A stretch of DNA of 61,672 bases, the filler included, from Dugesia japonica (Eukaryota), in assembly GCA_001938525.1 (NCBI GenBank). It is 6 parts of 6 records of this genome, joined end to end, with 100 filler letters (N's around TTAATTAATTAA, not from the genome) between each part and the next. Parts side by side here need not be neighbours in the genome. Positions count along the whole stretch, not along the records: positions 35,064 to 43,184 come from MQRL01190073.1; positions 43,285 to 53,125 come from MQRL01592371.1; 4 more parts are not named here. One strand, given 5' to 3'. Numbering within the stretch: the stretch's first letter is position 1; every line of letters starts with the position of its first letter. The notes under the pieces are model-generated. The model saw only the letters and a list, made by a program, of their open reading frames with translations, did not search any database and was not told where the DNA came from. Shown here in pieces: positions 39,584 through 53,125 of this stretch. The translations under genes were made by a program, and so were the position numbers.

Positions 39584-40032
39584 ATGCTTGTAAATATTAA
39601 TTACATGGGGAAAGTAGAGAAAGAAGTAGTAAACAAGATGAAATTTCCAATTGGAAAACCATGTCAAGTTGCTGTCAAAACTGGAAATCATACTATAATA
39701 TTCTTCAAGTCTGATAATTGCAGAATAATGGGGTGCAGAAAACCATTAGAATTAAATGAATTGCAGTACCCCATAGAAGACATTTGGTTGCAATCTCTGA
39801 CTACCGTATTTAATTTTGGGCAAAGAATTTATTTGTATAAATTATCGAAAATAGCAAAATGCTTGTTTGAACCGGAATTATTTTCCAGGTTGCGTATTAC
39901 AAAATTCAATCCAGTATGTGTAAACGTGTTTTCAACGGAAAAAATAGTGATACTCGCATAAAAAATTTTAATTATGGGGGATATGTTGATAATATTATAT
40001 GCGACATATACAATTTAATTGAAAAAATATAA
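39584..40032 (+). CDS. Polinton-encoded compact TATA-binding-protein-fold protein (one 3' frameshift)
   Basis: Repeat 1 TIIFFKSDNCRIMG (compare TBP TALIFSSGKMVCTG). Repeat 2 LQSLTTVFNFGQRIYLYKL...FEPELFSRLRITKFNPVCVNVFSTEKIVIL (compare IQNMVGSCDVKFPIRLEGL...YEPELFPGL...LLIFVSGKVVLTG). Restoring one G near 39956 gives VILGIKNFNYGGYVDNIICDIYNLIEKI*. Confidence 0.8.
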
Positions 40033-40195
40033 TACCTACTAATTGAAATACAAATGCATGCACTGAACATGCTATAATGTTCTACAAATTTGAAATTATT
40101 TTATTAGTTAAACTATATTTGTTGGTGAGTGAGTTTGTGTGTATAAAATATGTAAATAAGCAGTTGCATATTCATTAATAATCAGTTTTTTTACA

Positions 40196-40690
40196 ATGTA
40201 AAAATAAAAAGAGAGCCAACATTAACCAATATTTTACCATTGGATCCAGTTGTCATTAAATCACTCAATCATGCTGATAAGATTATTATTTTTTTTTTTA
40301 ATTATTTTAATTATTTTTGTTTTCAGAAGAACAAATATTGATCAACATTAAGAAGGAGCCAACAATAAGACATGAAATGACACCAGAACTGTTGGATCAA
40401 TTCAGTAATCAAAGTAAATTTTTATTTTATTTATTAATATTTGTTTATTATTTTTTTTTATTTTAGATATTATGAAAGTAATATTCAATAAATTGATTCC
40501 GGGATTTGTCAAATCATCAAAATCCTGGTTGAAAGAGAAATATTTCAAAAAGGTTGAGGAAGAGACCTTCTTGGTTATTCACGAAATCATGTTGCAGTTA
40601 TAAAACTTGATCCAGTATACGTGCTATACTCCGAGTTTAAGTTGTAGATATCATGGGTACAAATTTGTGATTATATGTCATTTATTTTTT
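40196..40690 (+). pseudogene. Spliced Polinton accessory gene, unknown function
   Basis: TATAAAA at 40142, TCAGTT at 40180, ATG at 40196; acceptors at about 40326 and 40466. Peptides KIKREP... | EEQILINIKKEP... | IMKVIFNKLIPGF... Confidence 0.5.
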
Positions 40691-40879
40691 ATTAGAAATA
40701 AATTTTTATGTGTGCTTAATTTTTGTTTTGATATTTTAATTTAGTTTTTAGTATTTAATTTTTAAAAGGTTTAAGTTATTAACGGTAAAATAAAACAGTT
40801 TGTTTTATCTAAATAAAAAATGTATTATAAATAAGAACGAAAATAATATTAAATAAGAATATTTATTTGAAAAAAAAAT

Positions 40880-41415
40880 GTACAATAAAAAACCTTAACA
40901 CCAAGATTAATTGTCAATTTTGTAAATAATTAATTGCCAAATTGGTGTTGCTTGAAATCCATGCGTCTTGTATCCTTTGATTTCAACTTGCACTGGGCAT
41001 TTCATTGAATTTTTATTTGTTTCTTCAATTCTCACCAAAAATATTTTAACCCGTCATGCCATTTCTAGTTTCATTCAATTAAATAATATATTTAAAGTCT
41101 TCTGATCATTTTCACTGATATTTGACACCAACATACTGAATTCACAGTTTTGAATTCTAATCGGATCCTAAATAAATAGATAATTTATATTATAACAATA
41201 AACATTACTTGAAATGTATATGTCAATCTCTTCTTCAGGAAAAACATTTCCTTTCCATGGAAATTCTTTGGATTGTTGAAGCATTGTCTGCTGTAACTTT
41301 TCTATCCATCTTTTTTTGTAAAAATGAGAATCCACAAGCAAGCAGCTTTTTATATACTATTTCGAAATTGTGTGTGTATCCTTTATGGAATATAATTGGT
41401 TAGCATATAACCATT
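40880..41415 (-). pseudogene. Second spliced accessory gene near the Polinton terminus
   Basis: Coding-like tract with an intron of about 40 nt (41169-41208) and several stops. Confidence 0.35.
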
Positions 41416-41749
41416 ATTAACGTAATACAATGTGTGTATACATTCATCAATGAAAGTAATTGGCTTATATATCCATTGATAATGAAATGTTATGTGTGTT
41501 ACTTAATTTCCAGACATATGCAATAGTAATGCAACTAGATTGCGGAAAAAGGGTATAAAATTACCGACATATTGCAACTAGCCTGAAAATATTTTATGCC
41601 TCAAGTCTGCCGGCAGGGGATAATAATGTATCCAGTTTACCGGACAAGCCTTGACTCTACGGGGCGGATCTTAGGCTTTTAGCTTATGAAATTTTAGTCT
41701 GTCGGACCGCATTTGATTTATTAAAACATTATTTTCTTTATCAAAAAAA

Positions 41750-42319
41750 CTTGTAATAAATAAAACTTTACTTACAATAAAAGTTAAATTTATATTTAAA
41801 AAACTTTAAATAAAAAACTTTAATAAAAAAATTTACTTTAATAAAACTTAACTTTAAGTAAAAACCTTAATAAAAACTTTAAAAAAAAATATTATAAAAT
41901 AAACTTTACTTTAATTAAAATTTATAATTTTACTTTAATTTTTTACTAATAAAAAAATTAATTTAACCAAAATTAAAACAAACCAAATTTCAAAAATAGT
42001 ATTAAAAAACATATTTAAACCAAAATTAAAACAAACTAAATTTCAACATGCACTTCTATGTGTTTCCGCGAAGGGGGGTGAAAAATAAGGAAATAATTAC
42101 AAAAAATTAATTAAACCTAAATTAAAACAAACCAAATTTCAACATGCTCTTCAATGTGTTTCCGCGAAAGGAGGTTAGAAAAAAAATTTAATTAAAAAAT
42201 ACACACATACTCGATGTAGAAAAAAAATGCAATACACACATACTCACTCAATCTGATTGGACAATTTTACTAGGGGGGAGGGGGAAAGAAAAAAACCAGT
42301 GCTGCACTATCTACCTACT
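41750..42319. repeat. Polinton subterminal repeats and terminus
   Basis: AAAATTAAAACAAAC(C/T)AAATTTCAA three times and ATGTGTTTCCGCGAA twice; ends ...CTACCTACT. Confidence 0.7.
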
Positions 42320-42710
42320 CTGTAGGATATTAAAAAGTTAATGTGGAAACACTTAAAATTAATTGATTTGGTTTGATCAATATAAACAAGGTTTTGAAGC
42401 TTTAAAACGAGAATAAATGAAGGCTCCTATACATCTTCATTCAGATTTATCCAAAACTTTTATACTAGCTATAGATGCTAGCTTTGACACAATTAAGGGG
42501 GTATTATCACAGTTAGATGAACAAGGCAATGAACGGGTTATAGTTTATGGTATCAAAAGCAATTAGTAAGCATGAATTAGGTTATTGTATAACCAGAAAA
42601 GAGCTTCTAGCAATATATTATTTTACGGAACATTATAAAAATCTTTATAAAAAAGAAGATTTAAACTTCGAACTGATTACAAAGCCATTACTTTTATGAT
42701 TAATTAAAAG
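42320..42710 (+). mobile_element. Ty3/Gypsy RT-RNase H fragment
   Basis: FEALK...FILAIDASFDTIKGVLSQLDEQGNERVI...ELGYCITRKELLAIYYF...FKLRTDYKAI. Confidence 0.9.
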
Positions 42711-43184
42711 ATGGGAATGTGACATATGACTAAGAATAATATAATATTTTTATATTGAACTTTATAAGAGTAGATTGAAATGTGATAATAGGTAAATGTA
42801 TAATTGACTGTTTGAATGTGTGTATGATTTTAGTTGGAGCATATATGCAAAATGCGGAAAACATGTTGAACCAAGCAAATTAACAAAATAAGCAACATTT
42901 TGGCAAGTCAAGAGTATGTTGCATTCATATTTATGCGAGTACTTTAGGAGAAGCAGAATTAATGGGATGGATACTTTTGAAGTCATACATAGTGATATAA
43001 AAGCTTTCTGGCACCCGATCTGACATTATATTGGATACATAATTTTATGTGCAGTTGTTATTATTATATGAATATTATTAGTAATTTTTGCTATTAATTT
43101 ATTTAATTTCTCTACAATACGAATTTTAATTTTTAAACATTTTCATTTAAAACATAACATTTGATGACATCAAATTTAAATATC

Positions 43185-43284
43185 NNNNNNNNNNNNNNNN
43201 NNNNNNNNNNNNNNNNNNNNNNNNNNNNTTAATTAATTAANNNNNNNNNNNNNNNNNNNNNNNNNNNNNNNNNNNNNNNNNNNN
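43185..43284. other. Artificial scaffold linker
   Basis: N44-TTAATTAATTAA-N44. Confidence 0.97.
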
Positions 43285-43499
43285 CTGATCTTACTATTAT
43301 TAATTCTGATATTTAATTTAAATTATTATTCTTTTATTGATTTGCCACAAAAAATTCCGCGAATCAACATGTCTATTTAATTTACCTCACAATAATAAAT
43401 CATTTTAATTTTCATAATTTATTCTATTTAATAAATAAAACATTTAGTTTTCTTTACTTCTTAATTTATTAACTAGATTGCCAGTTTTCGTTTCTAAGC

Positions 43500-43920
43500 A
43501 AAAATTTAATTCAGGGTTTTTTCCATAAATAATTAATTTAATTTCCCTCCTCTTCAATCATTAATGTAATTTTCTTTATTCTACATAATGAATTATTTGC
43601 TACAGGTATTATAATTTCTACTTTATCACTAATCTTCAAGTCATTGTAGAGANTTAATGCTTTGGCATGAATTTCCATTTGACTAAGTAAATGTTTTTGA
43701 TTAAGATCCTCGATCCACATTGATAATAGCCATTCAATGTTTACCATTTTTATTTTGGTTACTACTTTTGATAAATAAAAAGCCGTAACCCTACCTTGCG
43801 ATTTGCACTCAACTTAACTTTTACAAGTTTTCTTAGTCAATTGAATAGTGAGCCATGTATTCGAAACCTTCGAATACTTACAGAAAGATATCCAACAATA
43901 TTATTAGCATTAATAATTTT
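43500..43920 (-). mobile_element. Tigger/pogo transposase remnant (CENP-B-type HTH)
   Basis: IEWLLSMWIEDLNQKHLLSQMEIHAKAL.LYNDLK. Confidence 0.75.
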
Positions 43921-44177
43921 GTTTTTGGTTATATAGTACTCTGTTATTGTATATTTGAAGAAAATATTTTGAATTTGTTAAAATTCTTATATTAGACAAA
44001 AGTAGTAAAAAAATATAATATTTGTAGCATTATATAGTGAAACGAATTTAGCTATCGTTTGTATTAAGCAGACCACGCCCACTGACTGATGCTGCCAATA
44101 TATCATCATTAAGTATTTCTTTAAAACTTGTTATCTACAAATTCATAAAATTATTTCAATTTAGCACAAAATCTTAC

Positions 44178-47100
44178 CCTTCTACCGTCCAATGCATAAA
44201 AGCATTTGACTGGAAGACTCAAATTTAAAATATTCATTGATATTTTCAGGAAATCTGATAAACTGTAACCCGTAATCTCTTTAGCACTTGTAATTAATTG
44301 TCCATTTTCGAATACTTTAATGGTTTTCTATTAAAAGAAGGATTATGTAAATTAAATAAAAAAATAAAATGTTCATTCGAACTGGTTTATCCGCTGGTAA
44401 TTCTATGGCATTTTTCATAATATCCGGTGGTTCAAATGGATCAATATCAATGAGAGTATTAGGACGATATTGAATTTTGATATCAGTACTACTTTCCCCA
44501 TATTGCCGACGAGCACGNCCCCAATTGGCTTTTATTTCGCATTGAAGAACAGAAGCCAGTGGAGATATGAATACTGGTTGATAAGATACCGCTAAAATTT
44601 CTCCAGTTGAAATTTCATCGATTTTAGTTACCTAAGTTAAAATTACACAATTTTAATATGATTATATATAAAGGGTCTGTAAGCCATATTTGAAGGCCCA
44701 ATTCATATCATATACGAGACCGCTACATACTAAAAAATTGAAGTTTTTGACTCTAATTTTATTTTATTCTAAACTCTAAAAAACATTTCGATTTAATTTA
44801 AAAATAAAAACTAAAATTCATAATTAAAATAAACCAATAAAATTTCGATAAAAGCTAAAGAATTGAGTAACAAAGATCTATTGCGTTGAATCANNNNNNN
44901 NNNNNNNNNNNNNNNNNNNNNNNNNNNNNNNNNNNNNNNNNNNNTCTTATTATTTAAAGTGTGGTGTTACGTGAGTTTTTATTGAATTGTTATTATTATT
45001 CTTTGTAATTTTACTAAATTTAATTAGTGTAATAAATAATTAATCTGAACTTTTACTTTGGTTATTATTATTGGGAGATTTATTAAATTAATTACTAAAT
45101 TATCATTATTAATTTCACCTATATTTAGATTTAATTTAAATTATAATTAGAGATCATGGCCATAATAACGTTATCTAACAATTATATTTTGCAATAATGA
45201 TGTTATAATTCTTATACTATAACATAATAATTATTATAACTAATAACCTTGATGAGTCATCTATATCAACCCACGACCTACATAATTGTTTTAATGAATA
45301 GACTTATTTAATTATTGANNNNNNNNNNNNNNNNNNNNNNNNNNNNNNNNNNNNNNNNNNNNNNNNNNNNNNNNNNNNNNNNNNNNNNNNNNNNNNNNNN
45401 TAATAAGTAATTTCATAAAAAATAATCATTTCTTAAGCTAATAAATGCATTTCAAAACGCTCATTCATGTTTGCCGCATTATGTTCTACAAATTCGAGAA
45501 GAGATAAAAAGCGGTACATTCTTTTCGTGAATTGAATAACCTTTTCAGTGAAGGATCAATCTTTATCTAAAACAAGTTGAAAGATGGTTCAAAAAGTTCA
45601 AATCAGGTTATACAGCTTTAACAATGATGGTGAAAAAGAATGGTCGTCGGATTACGACGATCAGACACTTTTGACAGTCGTAAAAGAGATCGAGAGCTTG
45701 AAAATCAGAATGCTAGATGAAGATTTTAATGTCGACCATTCCATTATCGTACCTTACCTAAAAAAGACTGACAAGGTATGGAGATTGGTTGGGTAAGTCG
45801 CTTACGAACTCTATGACAAGATCAAAGCCGATCGTGTACGAATTTTCGGCAAATTAATGCTGATAATTGAGAAAAAAAGTTTGCGTAACTACAGGTCAAA
45901 AACCGAAAGGAATATTAAAAGATATTTAAAAGAAATGTGTATATGATAGGACAGAAATCGAATAATTCACTGCGAAACTATCTAAAATAGCATGTGATTT
46001 TTGTAGAAAGACAATCNTGAGCAGCAAAAGTGGTAAATTCCAGACAAAAAATGGTGAAAGACATAATAATTTCCACAACGACGTTTACCTGGCTCAGCTC
46101 GATCGCCTCCATACTCAATTCAAGTCAAAAGACCGCAAAAAATCAAAAAAACGAATCGCCTTACATCACTATAATGCGTGTTCATATGTTGAGCGTTGAT
46201 TGCTTGAATAAATTTCAATAAAGAATGCAAACTACTCATCCACCATAATCTCCTACAAAAACCTCCATGGGCTTTCACTTCAATCACTCACTGAAACACT
46301 GAAAGGCATGTTCCATCTACGACGATTTGGATGATTAGCAAATGTCAAAATGTGAATTACCTCTAAGAATAGTGACTTCTTTGGGAGAATTGACCGGAAA
46401 TACATGATGAATACGTTCTAGATTGATCTATTAAAAATTTTCGAAAATATTTTTATCTTCTTTTGTTAAAGAAACACATGACAAAATAATCGTCATTAAT
46501 TATATACCAACCAAATATTTTACTTTTGATATTGATTTTTTGTTACATATTTAATAATTTTTTTTTAATAAATTGATTTCAAAAAAATTATTTACTTATT
46601 TGTTTTAATGTATAGATTTTTTAAGTTATTGAATAGAATCATTACGTAACGTAGTGATATTTTTGGTGTCTTTATAACTTTTTTTCGAGAAATAAATAAA
46701 TTTAATATTTTCTTTGGTATCTGTTTGAATTTGAATTATTTTTAACTAAATGTTATCATTTGTAAATTTTAAATAAAGAAAATATATATGCAAGTAAAAT
46801 ACCGATCATTAATTTTAGATACCATAGTGGTTTTAAATGATAATTATCCATTATTATTTATAAAATAAATGAATTATCTTAAAATATATGTACAATCTAC
46901 GTACACTTTTGTATAAATATGCATGTAAATCATATTTTATTTTAGTTTATTTAACAAATAAGAAAAATAAGATTTTTAATTAGTTTGTAATCTTATAAAT
47001 AAAATTTCAAAAATAAGAATTTTTTATAAATTTATTTTTTAACTTGTTTTAAAATTTAAAAATTTTTTTTCAAAAAACTATTGATCTATCAANNNNNNNN

Positions 47101-50100
47101 NNNNNNNNNNNNNNNNNNNNNNNNNAAAATATCAAAAATCAAAATGTTGAAAAATTTTAGTATTTTTAATAAATTAAAAATAAATAAAATAAGATATAAC
47201 AATAATTTTAAATTCTCACTTCTTTGCCATCTTTCTTAAATAGATGTTTAGGAGTCTTCTTCAATCCAAGTAACTGTACAGAATTCTGCAAAATTTCCCA
47301 AATACTTTCTCCCCAAACAGAGACAGATGTGTTTTCATTTTTCCCATTTATATGTACTAAACAGTTTTTCTGAAAAGAATATATCACATTAATTGGTATC
47401 ATGAAGCATTACACTTTTAAGGTTGAAAAAAAAGTTAACAAATAATTTCTTCGTAATAAAAAAACTAATTGAATTAATTAATTTAAAAAATTTGTCAAAG
47501 AATACAAGGCATTAAAGTAAAAGATTCGATCAAAAACAAAAAAAATTTAATTTAAACTTTTATTTAAATGAAATATAAAATACGATCAATGGTTAAGTCC
47601 AACAATTATTCTTGCAATAATTTTAATTGTAAAATAAGGCATTTTCAAATTTTATAACAAAATGTGATGACGAAAAAATGTTCAATTATTTAAAAAGAAT
47701 GTTTATCTTTGTATTCAGTTTTACATTTGGAAAGAAATTCCATAATTTCTGATAAAAATTTGAAAGAATAATTATTTGTTATTGCAACAGAGGGCTATTT
47801 AATCCTGGATACAAGAGAGGCTTTTAAATCTTTGATGAAATCATGTTTTCTAAAGAAATTAAGTTTGTATTGACCATAAAAGATTATTCGATAAATAATT
47901 AAGAAAACTATACATTTAACTTTAAAAACACCAGAACAACAGTATTCTTTATTTGTAACAAACCAGAATTTGTAATAATATATTTATTTTTATTGAATTT
48001 CTAAGAGACACTATAATTATTGTAATGTTATCAACAATTTCTTTAAATTTTTTTGTTAAACTAAGTATGAGATCATCGAATAACAAAGAACTTGAGCTTT
48101 CACCATAGGAAATTTTATTTGGCAAAAAAGATGGATTTGAAACTAGATATTTTGATTGCAAATACCAAAACTGACCAGATAGATTGTCAAAATAACTTTA
48201 AAAACAAAGGGGGAGGCATTACAAAAAAGAGAAGACAGATTTTGTTAATAATTGAAATTTTTGACTTTGTCTTCGTCAGGAATTGACTATTTTAGAATTA
48301 GATCATGGAATTATAAAGTTAAAGAAAAAATAAACACTAAATATTGGTTTCAATATCAAATTACTCGCAATATCAACCCTCAAGTGGATCCTGTAACCAC
48401 AATTAAATAGACAGTTAGTTATCAGATAATTATTTGTTTTAGACTTCATAATTGATATTTTAATTTATTTTATTTTATTTTTATTAATTATGTATAAAGT
48501 TATTTTGAAGGAATTTTTAGCTAATATTGCTATGTATTGATTTTATTTTAATCGAATTTATTTTTATGCTGACTTTATTTTCTCAAGAAATATTGCAATT
48601 TGTTTGCAATAAATCGATTAATCTGTTCAATTTATGTAATTTATGGGAATTATTGTATAGTTTGGATTATTGATTATGAAAAATTAAATTATTAGAAAAA
48701 GTAAATTTTATTTATTTTTTAAGATGAGTTATTTTTATTGGTTAAAGGTGTGCTGTGTATAGAATTGCATGCGAGTGAAATCAGTATAAATACTGACTGA
48801 TTTCACTCAATTTTTNNNNNNNNNNNNNNNNNNNNNNNNNNNNNNTCTCTGGGCGGCATTTCTAACTTGATTTAAAATTTTGCGAATAAGGTTTAAGACT
48901 TTTTATTAACCTGTAGTTATTATCCGTTATACATAAAAAATAAACTATAAAAAAGTAGTTATTAGTTATTTATATAAGACAAATACACTATATAACTATA
49001 TCTATAATTTTCGATAAATTATCATCTATATACTATTGTATTGACATATCAAGAAAAAATTAACACCCGCAAATTCACAAACATACTTTCATTCAGTAGT
49101 TTTAAATTAACGAACCATAAAATAACTTGTTGAGTAGAAATACCCAACAGATTGATAACAATAAAATTCCAAAGAAAATATTATAAGTTTTTATTATACA
49201 CACATTTAATTTAAAAAGCGTTCTTGATCAAGTTTCAAACGACATAATATCAACTAATATGATAAAATATAAAATATTCAACTTACCATGTGCTTTTGTT
49301 TATACAAATTTCGATTTAAGGTTTTCTGTTTTGAAATATCTGATTCCGAAGATTGTTTAATTTCATTTAAATTTATCTGAAATAAAACTATGATAATAAT
49401 TTCCCAATATAAAATACAAACTTCTAAATTTTCAATTTGTTCAGATAATTTTATTTCTTCTTCAGTTGGAAATTGCCAATTTCCTTTTATTTTAACTGGG
49501 TTCTTTTCACTGGGAGTTGTTTCTAATGTTCCTGCATTCATTTTCTTAAATCGTTCTCCTTTCATTATGCGAAGTAAATATTTCTTTTTATCAATTTCTA
49601 ATTTTAATTGAGAATGCAATTCACTACTTCTTTTTTTACGACACTCTAGGAAAATATTTTTATTTTATCTTGTGAATAAATATTTACAACATAATGACTA
49701 TGTAAAAATAAAAAACAGCAAGCAAAATGTTAAAATTAACAATGAGTCAATGGGTGCGTTACGGGTTTTCGTCCTTAAATTCACATTATTCATTACTGGT
49801 TATTAAAAACACTTAACACGAGAACATTAAAATAAGTACTTAACCAAAAGTGTTTCAGCAAATTTATTCTGTTAATTATTTTAAACGTTTCAAACCAAAC
49901 AATTATTTTAGAAATACACAAGTTCTTTGGAATTTATGTTACCAAGGCTATATACAAAAATAATATGCGATTTTAAAATTAAAACTTTAAAATAATGAAT
50001 TACCCATCATTAAACGGCAGCAAAAAACAATAATAGTAAACCAAACAGTACTGCATTACATCAAACAGTATTTGCGTTACATCGCTAAGTATTAAACATT

Positions 50101-51932
50101 CAATTTTTGAATAATCTTTTTAAAATTACAACTTTAAAATTTACTATAATCAAACTTATTAAATGAATTCTAAAATATTATTATTTGACTAAAACATTTT
50201 GTAAAATTATTTCGTATAAATTAATTCAATATCTTAATAATTAAAATAATCGTAACAAGTTAGTTACTATTTTATTTCTATTAATTGTTCTATTATTCAA
50301 TATTACAGAAGAAATTCAAATACATAAATTTTAATAGTTTCATAATAAATGTAAACAATTATTAGATTGGCAACTAAGTCATTGCGCATTTATAACAAAA
50401 AAAGGAAAAATAACTTTCTGGGGCACAAATCTTTATTTATTAAAACACAGTGATGACTTAACCTATAAGCACGTGCTTAGTGCATCAAACAATGGCGGAA
50501 TCGTCTATTCAATCTCTGAGTAAGGGGTCTAATATATCACCCGGGCGTTGATTGTCTTTACATTTACTATTGAATTACAGCCAGGAAATATTAAATACTT
50601 TTCTATTATGTGCTTATATGTTTAACTATATTANNNTTTAACTATATTAAATTAAAATTATTAATTGACATATATCAATTTAACTTCTGAATTTTACAGA
50701 AAACCAAAAATTAAAATGACAACAAAATACGTTTTATTTTAATGTTTGTTAATTGTAATGGAGGCACCAAATTTTGTAAGTGCTTAGGGCGTCTCAAAGT
50801 CATAATTCAGTCTTGATTAAACAATATAATTTCCACTATTATTATTGATCTGCTGCCGTCTCTAAGACAACACTATAATAGGACGTTCAAAGAACTCTGG
50901 AATTTTTGGGCGAAATACTGAACCAAATGTGATTTGATGTCATAATCAGAAATAGTATTTTGCCATCCAGAAAATTTTCTAACTACCGAAATAAAAAAAT
51001 AATCGAACAATAGGGCGGATGCGGTAAAACATTCCAACCAAGCTGCAATAACTATTATCAAGTGAGCGAAGATGTATATGGCTAGAATAATCCATCATTA
51101 AAAACCAATATCATTAAAGCAAACTGTTGATTAAAACTTTAATTTGAATGATATCATTATTTATCAAACCATAAAAAATTTACTGATATCTCATTTACAA
51201 AAGCATTTAAATAAAGCATTCATCAAAAATGTGCACTGAATTAGTTGCTGACTTAATATAATAAATCGAATAATAAAATTTAGAATTTACACTTCGTTTC
51301 ATGAAGATTAAATAAAAAAAATTTAATTACTACCACTTCGAGAACAAAAAGGTTCACCAACAGATGCCCATAATTCAATAATCTGCGACTGTTTGAAAGT
51401 AGGTTCCAAGATTACTGATTCTGTTTCAACTTGCAATGTTTCCTCTTCTTGTTTAGATTCTAGTTTAGAAATTTCATTTAATTCCATTTTTAAAGTCAAT
51501 GAAGCTGTAGTTGGTAAAAAATCTTCAGTTGATATTAATCGAATAGTTTTTGTTGTCGAATAATTTTTCCAAATATCAGTTTGTAATGTTTCAGAAAGTT
51601 CAGAAAATGAAAAATCAGCAATCCCGTCAATAGATTCAATATCAACCTGAAATTCATTATTATCCTTTTCACTATCTATTCTAGCCGAAATTAATTGAAA
51701 TCTTAATGTTTTCATTACCTATTCATAAATGATATTAAAAAAGCACTAGTATTAATTATATAACTTCGGTAAATAGATGTTTTAAAGCTGTTGGTGATGA
51801 CATAAATGATAGTTCTGTTTGTTCCCCTTCAAAATCTAAATCGCTAATAAATAATTCAGTATTGATTTGATTGTTGAAAATTTCATAATTGAATAAGAAT
51901 GCTGAATCGTGATGTTTAAGGTCTTTCCGAAA
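44178..51932 (-). CDS. Multi-exon host gene, DCDC1-like doublecortin-domain protein (partial; TE-filled introns)
   Basis: DCX-like exon LVHINGKNENTSVSVWGESIWEILQNSVQLLGLKKTPKHLFKKDGKE|gt (about 47217-47380); ELWASVGEPF (about 51350); further GT-AG-bounded exons at about 49283-49646, 51335-51715, 51755-51932 and 44178-44720. Linking them into one gene is inference. Confidence 0.5.
45420..46520 (+). mobile_element. Decayed mariner element (intronic)
   Basis: DHSIIVPYLKKTDKVWRLVG*VAYEL (compare mariner WVPHEL) and HPP*SP. Confidence 0.65.
50830..51120 (-). mobile_element. mariner transposase C-terminal fragment
   Basis: LQLGWNVLPHPPY. Confidence 0.7.
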
Positions 51933-51998
51933 CTAAAATAATAATCAAATTTTTTATGCATACGGTTTTGTATTCATTTATACTCTTATATTATCGGA

Positions 51999-52101
51999 TT
52001 ATTATTATTACTATTATTATTTCTATTATTATTATTATTANNNNNNNNNNNNNNNNNNNNNNNNNNNNNNNNNNNNNNNNNNNNNNNNNNNNNNNNNNNN
52101 N

Positions 52102-52162
<61 letters not shown>

Positions 52163-52167
52163 TATTA
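51999..52167. repeat. (ATT)n microsatellite with a gap
   Basis: Direct observation. Confidence 0.95.
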
Positions 52168-52199
52168 TGTTTTTAAAAAATAACAATTCTTTATTATTC

Positions 52200-53125
52200 A
52201 GTGACTATTGTTTATTTAACAATAAGATGGATATTATTACCCTTTTACTGGTAATTATGATTGCGATTTTGAGAATTTAAAACATGCTTTATTAAAATAT
52301 TCTAATGAATATTTAAATAAAAATGTTANACAGAGTAATCATGATTTTATAATATTAAAAATCTTTCAAAAAAGCCTATTAAAATTTGTAAATTTGATAA
52401 GAGTAATAGCATTTTTATTCTAAATGACTTTGAATATATAAACAAAGTCGAGGATATTTTAAAAGGAAAAAAGTAAAATAGATAAATTCAGAAAAAATGG
52501 CAAATTAACTATAAAAGATGAAGACTTTTTAAATTCTTTACTTAAGCAATTTATTTGTAAAAAACACTTTAATGCTGAGTAGTATAAACGTCTTAACTCT
52601 GTTGGTTCTCAGCCAGCGAAGTTATATGGTCTTCCGAAGGTTCATAAAAATAATTATCCAATGAGACCTGTTTTATCTATGATTAACACGGCTCAATATA
52701 AAGTTGCTAAATTTTTAGATCAAAAAATTAAATTGTTAATTTCTTCTAAAACGAATCTAAGGATAGTTTTGAATTTTGTAGTTTCATTTCTAACCTTCAT
52801 GTTAACAATGCAACAGAATGCATGATGTCTTTTGATGTCGTGAATTGTGGGAAAGTAATTTGGCGGAACATGGTATGTTAAATGTCACAGGTTTTAGGAA
52901 GCTGTTGACNNNNNNNNNNNNNNNNNNNNNNNNNNNNNNNNNNNNNNNNNNNNNNNNNNNNNNNNNNNNAGTTGCTATGGGTTCTCCTCTTGCGCCTACT
53001 CTTGCTTCATTATTTCTTTCGAATATTGAAAAAAAGATTGAGTTGTTTCCCGGAATTAAGCCATTGATATATAAGCGTTATGTGGATGATATTTTCTTGG
53101 TGTTTAGTAATCAATCTAATATAGA
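52200..53125 (+). mobile_element. Penelope-like retroelement reverse transcriptase (decayed)
   Basis: PAKLYGLPKVHKNNYPMRPVLS, MMSFDVVN, VAMGSPLAPTLA and YKRYVDDIF. Confidence 0.92.

Larger units (their letters stand above)
35180..42319 (-). mobile_element. Polinton/Maverick (endogenous dsDNA virus-like element), one arm; decayed
   Basis: Co-oriented ATPase, small core-like ORFs, RVE integrase-chromodomain, minor capsid and major capsid; repeat-rich terminus beginning AGTAG on the minus strand. pPolB and protease are not in this scaffold. Confidence 0.93.

Noticed and set aside
39584-39961. Host TBP or TRF2 gene
   Set aside because: Far too divergent from the highly conserved cellular TBPs, intronless, with a shortened first repeat, and embedded among Polinton genes.
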